NCBI RefSeq assembly: GCF_964355755.1
Contig: NC_092672.1
Location: 16,554,001-16,618,000 of the forward strand
Source of the DNA: Antedon mediterranea
Lineage: Eukaryota > Animalia > Echinodermata
DNA length: 64,000 nucleotides
Direction: 5' to 3'
Of the stretch, positions 10,008-21,379 are shown one piece after another; the stretch's first letter is position 1; each line of letters opens with the position of its first letter. Made by a program: the position numbers and the translations under genes. A model generated the notes under the pieces. The model ran no database searches, was not told where the DNA came from, and saw only the letters and a list, made by a program, of their open reading frames with translations.

Positions 10008-10823
10008 TCACTTTGTAGGTTCACGGTATAGTCTCCCATCTATATATAATGATCCATTTCTAAATACAGGATGTCTTCCTTCATTGTATGCTTTCAACAT
10101 TATGTCTCGGTACTCACGTTTCTTCTTGGCATCTGCTGCTGTAAGGTCCTCCATTGCATAAAAATCTATATTTTTCAGTGACTTTACCTTCTTAAGAACC
10201 TCGTTTCGTTCTGGCCTATAGATAAATTTAGCAATTATTTGCCTAGGTTTTTGGTCTCCTCTGGTCTGCTTACCGGTTCTATGGGCGTTTTCAATGTTAA
10301 TATCCTTCAAGTGTAGTTTATCGCTTATAAGTGTATTTAATTTATCTAGTGTATTTTCGTTGTCTTCTTCATTTATTCCTCCAAATCGTAAATTAAATCT
10401 TCTTGAATATCTTTCCATTCTATGAATATCCCCTTCTAGGTTACTAATTTGCTTATTTTTCTCCTTCAGTTCTGTTTCAATGTTGTCAATACGTGTATTT
10501 AATCTACTTACACTCGCTTGAGTTTCCGTAGTGGATGTTGTGTAATATTCCAATGACTGGTCCATAATACGTTGTGTTTCTTCCACTTTTGTTATTTTTT
10601 CAATTAGTACTTGTTGATTGGATTTGATCGACGATATTTCATCTCCGATTGTTTTATTAATATCAACAAACATCTCTTTTAGATCTTTTCGCAGGGCCTT
10701 AATTTCAGAAGATGACGTGTCAGTCCTCAAGTCGGTAGTCGCGGGAACTTTAAGCTGACGTGGCATAGGCGTTGCCTCAGTAGTTTCAGATATTTGTTTA
10801 GATTTCGCTCTAGTAGCACTCAT
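10008..10823 (-). CDS. LINE ORF1 protein, intact (271 aa): coiled coil + L1-type RRM/CTD (Transposase_22-like)
   Basis: A heptad-rich region (VSRLNTRIDNIETELKEKNKQISNLEGDIHRME) is followed by RRFNLRFGGINE, IENAHRTG, KPRQIIAKF and EDLT, the signature motifs of L1-ORF1p-like proteins. ATG at 10823, TGA at 10010-10008. Confidence 0.92.
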   Translation of the reverse strand: MSATRAKSKQISETTEATPMPRQLKVPATTDLRTDTSSSEIKALRKDLKEMFVDINKTIGDEISSIKSNQQVLIEKITKVEETQRIMDQSLEYYTTSTTETQASVSRLNTRIDNIETELKEKNKQISNLEGDIHRMERYSRRFNLRFGGINEEDNENTLDKLNTLISDKLHLKDINIENAHRTGKQTRGDQKPRQIIAKFIYRPERNEVLKKVKSLKNIDFYAMEDLTAADAKKKREYRDIMLKAYNEGRHPVFRNGSLYIDGRLYREPTK

Positions 10824-10989
10824 TTTTTTACAATCGACTTCTTATTTTACTTTTATTTGATTGTAGAAGCTGTTTAAAACTTACGTTCAGTTTATTTCAT
10901 CCTTTAACTTACTTTTGGGAGTTCGATAAGATTTAGCTTTGACGGAGCTCAGTAACTATACGTCTTCATTTACATAGCGCCCTCAATGG
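10824..10989 (-). promoter_or_regulatory. LINE 5' UTR / probable internal promoter
   Basis: 166 bp between the satellite junction and the ORF1 ATG, starting CCATTGAGGGCGCTATGTAAATGAAGACGTATAGTTACTGAGCTCC. Promoter function is inferred from position. Confidence 0.55.
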
Positions 10990-11749
10990 TAGATCAGCGG
11001 GAGAGAGAGATAGATCAGCGAGAGAGAGATAGATCAGCGAGAGAGAGATAGATCAGCTAGAGAGAGATAGATCAGCGAGAGAGAGAGAAAGATCAACAAG
11101 AGAGATAGATCAGCGAGAGAGAGAGATATATCAGCGAGAGAGAGATAGATCAGCGTGAGAGAGAGATAGATCAGGGAGAGAGAGATAGATCAGTGAGAGA
11201 GAGATAGATCAGCGAGAGAAATATAGATCAGCGTGAGAGAGAGATATATCAGCGAGAGAGAGATAGATCAGCGAGAGAGAGATTGATCAGCGAGAGAAAT
11301 ATAGATCAGCGAGAGAGAGATAGATCAGCGAGAGAGAGATAGATCAGCGAGAGAGAGATAGATCAGCGAGAGAGAGATAGATCAGCGAGAGAGAGAGATA
11401 GATCAGCGAGAGAGAGATAGATCTGCGAGAGAGAGATAGATCAACGAGAGAGATAGATCAGCGAGAGAGATAGATCAGCGAGAGATAGATAGATCAGCGA
11501 GAGAGAGATAGATCAGCGAGAGAGAGAGATAGATCAGTGAGAGAGAGAGATAGATCAGCGAGATAGATAGATCAGCGAGAGAGAGATAGATCAGCGAGAG
11601 AGAGAGAGAGATAGATCAGCGAGAGAGAGATAGATCAGCGAGAAAGAGATAGATCAGCGAGAGAGAGAGATAGATCAGCGAGAGAGAGATAGATCAGCGA
11701 GAGAGAGATAGATCAGCGAGAGAGATAGATCAGCGAGAAAGAGATAGAT

Positions 11750-12991
11750 CAGCGAGAGAGAGATAGATCAGCGAGAGAGAGATAGATCAGCGAGAGAGAG
11801 AGATACATCAGCGAGAGAGAGATAGATCAGCGAGAGAGAGATAGATCAGCGAGAGAGAGAGGTAGATCAGCGAGAGAGAGAGAGATAGATCAGCGAGAGA
11901 GAGATAGATAGATCAGCGAGAGAGAGATAGATCAGCGACAGAGAGATAGATAGATCAGCGAGAGAGATATAGATCAGCGAGAGAGAGATAGATAGATCAG
12001 CGAGAGAGAGATAGATAAGCGACAGAGAGATAGATCAGCGACAGAGAGATAGATCAGCGACAGAGAGATAGATCAGCGAAAGAGAGATAGATCAGCGAGA
12101 GAGAGATAGATCAGCGAGAGAGAGATAGATCAGCGAGAGAGAGATAGATCAGCGAGAGAGTGATAGATCAGCGAGAGAGAGAGATAGATCAGGGAGAGAG
12201 AGATAGATCAGCGAGAGAGAGATAGATCAGCGAGAGAGAGATAGATCTGCGAGAGAGATAGATCAGCGAGAGAGAGATAGATCAGCGAGAGAGAGAGATA
12301 GATCAGCGAGAGAGATAGATCAGCGAGAAAGAGATAGATCAGCGAGAGAGAGATAGATCAGCGAGAGAGACATAGATCAGCGAGAGAGAGAGAGATAGAT
12401 CAGCGAGAGAGAGATAGATCAGCGAGAGAGAGATAGATAGATAGATCAGCGAGAGAGAGATAGGTAGATCAGCGAGAGAGAGAGAGAGAGATAGATAGAT
12501 CAGCGAGAGAGAGATAGATAGATATGTGAGAGAGAGAGAGAGAGATAGATAGATCAGCGAGAGAGAGATAGATAGATCAGCGAGAGAGAGATAGATAGAT
12601 CAGCGAGAGAGAGAGATAGATAGATCAGCGAGAGAGAGATAGATAGATCAGTGAGAGAGAGAGAGATAGATCAGCGAGAGAGAGAGAGAGATAGATCAGC
12701 GAGAGAGAGAGAGATAGATCAGCGAGAGAGAGATAAATAGATCAGCGAGAGAGAGAGAGAGAGATAGATCAGCGAGAGAGAGATAGATAGATCAGCGAGA
12801 GAGAGATAGATAGATCAGCGAGACAGAGAGATAGATCAACCAGAGAGAGATAGATAGATCAGCGAGAGAGAGAGAGAGAGAGGGATAGATCAGCCAGAGA
12901 GAGATAGATAGATCAGCGAGAGAGAGAGAGAGAGAGAGAGATAGATCAGCCAGAGAGAGATAGATAGATCAGCGAGAGAGAGATAGATAGA

Positions 12992-13036
<45 letters not shown>

Positions 13037-15400
13037 TCAGCGAGAGAGAGATAGATCAGCGAGAGAAATATAGATCAGCGTGAGAGAGAGATATATCAGC
13101 GAGAGAGATAGATCAGCGAGAGAGAGATAGATCAGCGAGAGAAATATAGATCAGCGAGAGAGAGATAGATCAGCGAGAGAGAGATAGATCAGCGAGAGAG
13201 AGATAAATCAGTTAGAGAGAGATAGATCAGCGAGAGAGAGATAGATCAGCGAGAGAGAGATAGATCTGCGAGAGAGAGAGATAGATCAGCGAGATAGATA
13301 GATCAGCGAGAGAGAGATAGATCAGCGTGAGAGAGAGAGATAGATCAGCGTGAGAGAGAGAGATAGATCAGCGAGAGAGAGAGATTGATCAGCGAGAGAG
13401 AGATAGATCAGCGAGAGAGAGATAGATCAGCGAGAGAGAGATAGATCAGCGAGATAGAGATAGATCAGCGAGAGGAGAGATAGATCAGCAAGAGAGAGAT
13501 AGATCAGCGAGAGAGATAGAGATAGATAGATCAGCGACAGAGAGATAGATAGATCAGCGACAGAGAGATAGATAGATCAGCGAGAGAGAGATAGATAGAT
13601 CAGCGAAAGAGAGATAGATAGATCAGCGAGAGAGATAGATAGATCAGCGAGAGAGAGAGATAGATAGATCAGCGAGAGAGAGATAGATAGATCAGTGAGA
13701 GAGAGAGATAGATAGATCAGCGAGAGAGAGATAGATAGATCAGAGAGAGAGATAGATAGATCAGCGAGAGAGAGATAGATTGATCAGCGAGCGAGAGATA
13801 GATAGATCAGCGAGAAGGAGAGAGATAGATCAGCGAGAGAGAGAGAGATAGATCAGCGAGAGAGAGATAGATAGATCAGCGAGAAAGAGAGAGAGAGAGA
13901 GAGAGATAGATCAGCCAGAGAGAGATATAGATAGATCAGCGAGAGAGAGAGAGAGATAGATCAGCGAGAGAGAGATAGATAGATAGATCAGCGAGAGAGA
14001 GATAGGTAGATCAGCGAGAGAGAGAGAGATAGATAGATCAGCGAGAGAGAGAGAGATAGATCAGCGAGAGAGAGATAGATCAGCGAGAGAGATAGATCAG
14101 CGAGAGAGATAGATCAGCGAGAGAGAGATAGATCAGCGAGTGAGAGATAGATCAGCGAGAGAGAGAGATAGATCAGCAAGAGAGATAGATAGATTAGCAA
14201 GAGAGAGATAGATCAGCGAGAGAGAGATAGATCAGCGTGAGAGAGATAGATCAGCGACAGAGAGATAGATCAGCAAGAGAGAGATAGATCAGTGACAGAG
14301 AGATAGATCAGCGAAAGAGAGATAGATCAGCGAGTGAGAGATAGATAAGCGAGTGCGAGAGAGAGATCAACGAGAGAGAGATAGATCAGCGAGAGAGAGA
14401 TAGATCAGGGAGAGAGAGATAGATCAGCGAGAGAGAGATAGATCAGCGAGAGAGAGAGAGATAGATCAACGAGAGAGAGATAGATCAGCGAGAGAGAGAT
14501 AGATCAGGGAGAGAGAGATAGATCAGCGAGAGAGAGATAAATCAGCGAGAGAGATAGATCAGCGAGAGAGAGATAGATCAGCGAGAGAGAGAGATAGATC
14601 AGCGAGAGAGAGATAGATCAGCGAGAGAGAGAGATAGATCAGCGAGAGAGAGATATATCAGCGAAAGAGAGACAGATCCGCGAGAGAGAGAGAGATAGAT
14701 CAGCGAGAGAGATAGATCAGCGAGAGAGAGATAGATCAGCGAGAGAGAGATAGATAGATCAGCGAGAAGGAGATAGCTAGATCAGCGAGAGAGAGAGAGA
14801 GATAGAAAGATCAGCGAGAGAGAGATAGATCAGCGTGAGAGATAGATCAGCGAGAGAGAGAGATAGATCAGTGAGAGAGAGAGATAGATCAGCGAGATAG
14901 ATAGATCAGCGAGAGAGAGATAGATCAGCGAGAGAGAGAGAGAGATAGATCAGCGAGAGAGATAGATCAGCGAGAGAGAGATAGATCAGCGAGAGAGAGA
15001 GATAGATCAGCGAGAGAGAGATAGATCAGCGAGAGAGAGATAGATCAGCGAGAGAGATAGATCAGCGAGAAAGAGATAGATCAGCGAGAGAGAGATAGAT
15101 CAGCGAGAGAGAGATAGATCAGCGAGAGAGAGAGATACATCAGCGAGAGAGAGATAGATCAGCGAGAGAGAGATAGATCAGCGAGAGAGAGAGGTAGATC
15201 AGCGAGAGAGAGAGAGATAGATCAGCGAGAGAGAGATAGATAGATCAGCGAGAGAGAGATAGATCAGCGACAGAGAGATAGATAGATCAGCGAGAGAGAT
15301 ATAGATCAGCGAGAGAGAGATAGATAGATCAGCGAGTGAGAGATAGATAAGCGACAGAGAGATAGATCAGCGACAGAGAGATAGATCAGCGACAGAGAGA
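11750..15400 (+). repeat. Satellite block repeated ~33.2 kb downstream (at ~45000-48650); based on a ~3.3-kb higher-order unit
   Basis: Marker pairs: TACATC 11804/45055, CATAGATC 12371/45599, GTTAG 13211/46446, GAGTGCG 14351/47588, GCGAGTGAGAGATAGATAAG 15332/48571. Offsets are 33228-33251. Confidence 0.85.
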
Positions 15401-16894
15401 TAGATCAGCGAAAGAGAGATAGATCAGCGAGAGAGAGATAGATCAGCGAGTGAGAGATAGATCAGCGAGAGAGAGAGATAGATCAGCAAGAGAGATAGAT
15501 AGATTAGCAAGAGAGAGATAGATCAGCGAGAGAGAGATAGATCAGCGTGAGAGAGATAGATCAGCGACAGAGAGATAGATCAGCAAGAGAGAGATAGATC
15601 AGTGACAGAGAGATAGATCAGCGAAAGAGAGAAAGATCAGCGAGTGAGAGATAGATAAGCGAGTTCGAGAGAGAGATCAACGAGAGAGAGATAGATCAGC
15701 GAGAGAGAGATAGATCAGGGAGAGAGAGATAGATCAGCGAGAGAGAGATAGATCAGCGAGAGAGAGAGAGATAGATCAACGAGAGAGAGATAGATCAGCG
15801 AGAGAGAGATAGATCAGGGAGAGAGAGATAGATCAGCGAGAGAGAGATAAATCAACGAGAGAGATAGATCAGCGAGAGAGAGATAGATCAGCGAGAGAGA
15901 GAGATAGATCAGCGAGAGAGAGATAGATCAGCGAGAGAGAGAGAGAGATAGATCAGCGAGAGAGAGATATATCAGCGAAAGAGAGACAGATCCGCGAGAG
16001 AGAGAGAGAGATAGATCAGCGAGAGAGATAGATCAGCGAGAGAGAGATAGATCAGCGAGAGAGTGATAGATCAGCGAGAGAGAGAGATAGATCAGGGAGA
16101 GAGAGAGAGATAGATCAGCGAGAGAGAGATAGATCAGCGAGAGAGAGATAGATCTGCGAGAGAGATAGATCAGCGAGAGAGAGATAGATCAGCGAGAGAG
16201 AGAGATAGATCAGCGAGAGAGATAGATCAGCGAGAAAGAGATAGATCAGCGAGAGAGAGATAGATCAGCGAGAGAGACATAGATCAGCGAGAGAGAGAGA
16301 GATAGATCAGCGAGAGAGAGATAGATCATCGAGAGAGAGATAGATAGATAGATCAGCGAGAGAGAGATAGGTAGATCAGCGAGAGAGAGAGAGAGATAGA
16401 TAGATCAGCGAGAGAGAGATAGATAGATCAGTGAGAGAGAGAGAGAGAGATAGATAGATCAGCGAGAGAGAGATAGATAGATCAGCGAGAGAGAGATAGA
16501 TAGATCAGCGAGAGAGAGAGATAGATAGATCAGCGAGAGAGAGATAGATAGATCAGTGAGAGAGAGAGATAGATCAGCGAGAGAGAGAGAGAGATAGATC
16601 AGCGAGAGAGAGAGAGAGATAGATCAGCGAGAGAGAGATAAATAGATCAGCGAGAGAGAGAGAGAGAGATAGATCAGCGAGAGAGAGATAGATAGATCAG
16701 CGAGAGAGAGATAGATAGATCAGCGAGAGAGAGAGATAGATCAACCAGAGAGAGATAGATAGATCAGCGAGAGAGAGAGAGAGAGAGGGATAGATCTGCC
16801 AGAGAGAAATAGATAGATCAGCGAGAGAGAGAGAGAGAGAGAGATAGATCAGCCAGAGAGAGATAGATAGATCAGCGAGAGAGAGATAGATAGA

Positions 16895-16931
<37 letters not shown>

Positions 16932-17768
16932 TCAGCGAGAGAGAGATAGATCAGCGAGAGAAATATAGATCAGCGTGAGAGAGAGATATATCAGCGAGAG
17001 AGATAGATCAGCGAGAGAGAGATAGATCAGCGAGAGAAATATAGATCAGCGAGAGAGAGATAGATCAGCGAGAGAGAGATAGATCAGCGAGAGAGAGATA
17101 AATCAGTTAGAGAGAGATAGATCAGCGAGAGAGAGATAGATCAGCGAGAGAGAGATAGATCTGCGAGAGAGAGAGATAGATCAGCGAGATAGATAGATCA
17201 GCGAGAGAGAGATAGATCAGCGTGAGAGAGATAGATCAGCGTGAGAGAGAGAGATAGATCAGCAAGAGAGAGAGATTGATCAGCGAGAGAGAGATAGATC
17301 AGCGAGAGAGAGATAGATCAGCGAGAGAGAGATAGATCAGCGAGATAGAGATAGATCAGCGAGAGGAGAGATAGATCAGCAAGAGAGAGATAGATCAGCG
17401 AGAGAGATAGAGATAGATAGATCAGCGACAGAGAGATAGATAGATCAGCGACAGAGAGATAGATAGATCAGCGAGAGAGAGATAGATAGATCAGCGAAAG
17501 AGAGATAGATAGATCAGCGAGAGAGATAGATAGATCAGCGAGAGAGAGAGATAGATAGATCAGCGAGAGAGAGATAGATAGATCAGTGAGAGAGAGAGAT
17601 AGATAGATCAGCGAGAGAGAGATAGATAGATCAGAGAGAGAGATAGATAGATCAGCGAGAGAGAGATAGATAGATCAGCGAGAGAGAGATAGATAGATCA
17701 GCGAGAAGGAGAGAGATAGATCAGCGAGAGAGAGAGAGATAGATCAGCGAGAGAGAGATAGATAGATC

Positions 17769-17799
<31 letters not shown>

Positions 17800-19401
17800 T
17801 AGATCAGCCAGAGAGAGATATAGATAGATCAGCGAGAGAGAGAGAGAGATAGATCAGCGAGAGAGAGATAGATAGATAGATCAGCGAGAGAGAGATAGGT
17901 AGATCAGCGAGAGAGAGAGAGATAGATAGATCAGCGAGAGAGAGAGAGATAGATCAGCGAGAGAGAGATAGATCAGCGAGAGAGAGAGATAGATCAGCGA
18001 GAGAGAGAGATAGATCAGCGAGAGAGAGATAGATCAGTGACAGAGAGATAGATCAGCGAGAGAGAGATAGATCAGCGAGAGAGAGAGATAGATCAGCGAG
18101 AGAGAGAGAGATAGATCAGCGAGAGAGAGATAGATCAGTGACAGAGAGATAGATCAGCGAAAGAGAGATAGATCAGCGAGAGAGATAGATCAGCGGGAGA
18201 GAGAGATAGATCAACGAGAGAGAGATAGATCAGCGAGAGAGAGAGAGATAGATCAGGGAGAGAGAGATAGATCAGCGAGAGAGAGATAGATCAGCGAGAG
18301 ATTGAGAGAGATAGATCAACTAGAGAGAGATAGATCAGCGAGAGAGAGAGATAGATCAGGGAGAGAGAGATAGATCAGCGAGAAAGAGATAGATCAGCGA
18401 GAGAGAGATAGATCAGCGAGAGAGAGATAGATCAGCGAGAGAGATAGATCAGCGAGAGAGAGATATATCAGCGAGAGAGAGATAGATCAGTGAGAGAGAG
18501 AGAGATCAGCAAGAGAGATATAGATCAGCGAGAGAGATAGATGAGCGAGAGAGAGATAGATCAGCGAGAGAGAGATAGATCAGTGAGAGAGAGATAGATC
18601 AGCGAGAGAGAGATAGATCAGCGAGAGAGAGATAGATCAGCGAGAGAGAGATAGGTCAGCTAGAGAGAGATAGATCAGCGAGAGAGAGATAGATCGGCGA
18701 GAGAGAGATAGATCAGCGAGAGAGAGATATATCAGCGAGAGAGAGAGATAGATCAGCGTGAGAGAGAGATAGATCAGCGAGAGAGAGAGAGAGAGATAGA
18801 TCAGCGAGAGAGATAGATCAACGAGAGAAATATAGATCAGTGAGAGAGAGATAGATAGATCAGCGAGAGAGAGATAGGTAGATCAGCGAGAGAGAGAGAG
18901 AGATAGATAGATCAGCGAGAGAGAGATAGATATATCAGTGAGAGAGAGAGAGAGAGATAGATAGATCAGCGAGAGAGAGATAGATAGATCAGCGAGAGAG
19001 AGATAGATAGATCAGCGAGAGAGAGAGATAGATAGATCAGCGAGAGAGAGATAGATAGATCAGTGAGAGAGAGAGATAGATCAGCGAGAGAGAGAGAGAG
19101 ATAGATCAGCGAGAGAGAGAGAGAGATAGATCAGCGAGAGAGAGATAAATAGATCAGCGAGAGAGAGAGAGAGAGATAGATCAGCGAGAGAGAGATAGAT
19201 AGATCAGCGAGAGAGAGATAGATAGATCAGCGAGAGAGAGAGATAGATCAACCAGAGAGAAATAGATAGATCAGCGAGAGAGAGAGAGAGAGAGGGATAG
19301 ATCTGCCAGAGAGAAATAGATAGATCAGCGAGAGAGAGAGAGAGAGAGAGATAGATCAGCCAGAGAGAGATAGATAGATCAGCGAGAGAGAGATAGATAG
19401 A

Positions 19402-19440
<39 letters not shown>

Positions 19441-20277
19441 TCAGCGAGAGAGAGATAGATCAGCGAGAGAAATATAGATCAGCGTGAGAGAGAGATATAT
19501 CAGCGAGAGAGATAGATCAGCGAGAGAGAGATAGATCAGCGAGAGAAATATAGATCAGCGAGAGAGAGATAGATCAGCGAGAGAGAGATAGATCAGCGAG
19601 AGAGAGATAAATCAGTTAGAGAGAGATAGATCAGCGAGAGAGAGATAGATCAGCGAGAGAGAGATAGATCTGCGAGAGAGAGAGATAGATCAGCGAGATA
19701 GATAGATCAGCGAGAGAGAGATAGATCAGCGTGAGAGAGATAGATCAGCGTGAGAGAGAGAGATAGATCAACAAGAGAGAGAGATTGATCAGCGAGAGAG
19801 AGATAGATCAGCGAGAGAGAGATAGATCAGCGAGAGAGAGATAGATCAGCGAGATAGAGATAGATCAGCGAGAGGAGAGATAGATCAGCAAGAGAGAGAT
19901 AGATCAGCGAGAGAGATAGAGATAGAGAGATCAGCGACAGAGAGATAGATAGATCAGCGACAGAGAGATAGATAGATCAGCGAGAGAGAGATAGATAGAT
20001 CAGCGAAAGAGAGATAGATAGATCAGCGAGAGAGATAGATAGATCAGCGAGAGAGAGAGATAGATAGATCAGCGAGAGAGAGATAGATAGATCAGTGAGA
20101 GAGAGAGATAGATAGATCAGCGAGAGAGAGATAGATAGATCAGAGAGAGAGATAGATAGATCAGCGAGAGAGAGATAGATAGATCAGCGAGAGAGAGATA
20201 GATAGATCAGCGAGAAGGAGAGAGATAGATCAGCGAGAGAGAGAGAGATAGATCAGCGAGAGAGAGATAGATAGATC

Positions 20278-20308
<31 letters not shown>

Positions 20309-21379
20309 TAGATCAACCAGAGAGAGATATAGATAGATCAGCGAGAGAGAGAGAGATAGATCAGCGAGAGAGAGATAGATAGATAGATCAGCGAGAGAGA
20401 GATAGGTAGATCAGCGAGAGAGAGAGAGATAGATAGATCAGCGAGAGAGAGAGAGATAGATCAGCGAGAGAGAGATAGATCAGCGAGAGAGAGAGATAGA
20501 TCAGCGAGAGAGAGAGATAGATCAGCGAGAGAGAGATAGATCAGTGACAGAGAGATAGATCAGCGAGAGAGAGATAGATCAGCGAGAGAGAGAGATAGAT
20601 CAGCGAGAGAGATAGAGATAGATCAGCGAGAGAGAGATAGATCAGTGACAGAGAGATAGATCAGCGAAAGAGAGATAGATCAGCGAGAGAGATAGATCAG
20701 CGGGAGAGAGAGATAGATCAACGAGAGAGAGATAGATCAGCGAGAGAGAGAGATATAGATCAGGGAGAGAGAGATAGATCAGCGAGAGAGAGATAGATCA
20801 GCGAGAGATTGAGAGAGATAGATCAACTAGAGAGAGATAGATCAGCGAGAGAGAGAGATAGATCAGGGAGAGAGAGATAGATCAGCGAGAAAGAGATAGA
20901 TCAGCGAGAGAGAGATAGATCAGCGAGAGAGAGATATATCAGCGAGAGAGAGATAGATCAGTGAGAGAGAGAGAGATCAGCAAGAGAGATATAGATCAGC
21001 GAGAGAGATAGATGAGCGAGAGAGAGATAGATCAGCGAGAGAGAGATAGATCAGTGAGAGAGAGATAGATCAGCGAGAGAGAGATAGATCAGCGAGAGAG
21101 AGATAGATCAGCGAGAGAGAGATAGGTCAGCTAGAGAGAGATAGATCAGCGAGAGAGAGATAGATCGGCGAGAGAGAGATAGATCAGCGAGAGAGAGATA
21201 TATCAGCGAGAGAGAGAGATAGATCAGCGTGAGAGAGAGATAGATCAGCGAGAGAGAGAGAGAGAGATAGATCAGCGAGAGAGATAGATCAACGAGAGAA
21301 ATATAGATCAGTGAGAGAGAGATAGATAGATCAGCGAGAGAGAGAGAGATAGATCAGCGAGAGGAGAGAGAGAGATAGA

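Larger units (their letters stand above)
5568..10989 (-). mobile_element. Apparently full-length non-LTR retrotransposon (LINE), CR1/L2 group (Crack/Kiri/Daphne-like), inserted in the satellite
   Basis: The minus strand reads 5' UTR, ORF1 (10823-10008), spacer, APE-RT ORF2 (9672-5840), 3' UTR, AATAAA, (AATC)5 tail. AT-rich complex sequence is sharply bounded by satellite on both sides. A microsatellite tail and no clear TSD are typical of CR1/L2-group elements. The exact clade needs an RT phylogeny. Confidence 0.95.

Noticed and set aside
9979-10161. 60-aa plus-strand ORF
   Set aside because: It is antisense to the 3' end of ORF1 and has a non-ATG start.
5551-11010. Monomer-length target-site duplication around the LINE
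   Set aside because: The flanking monomers differ (CAGTG left, CAGCGGG right), so their similarity is just the satellite.
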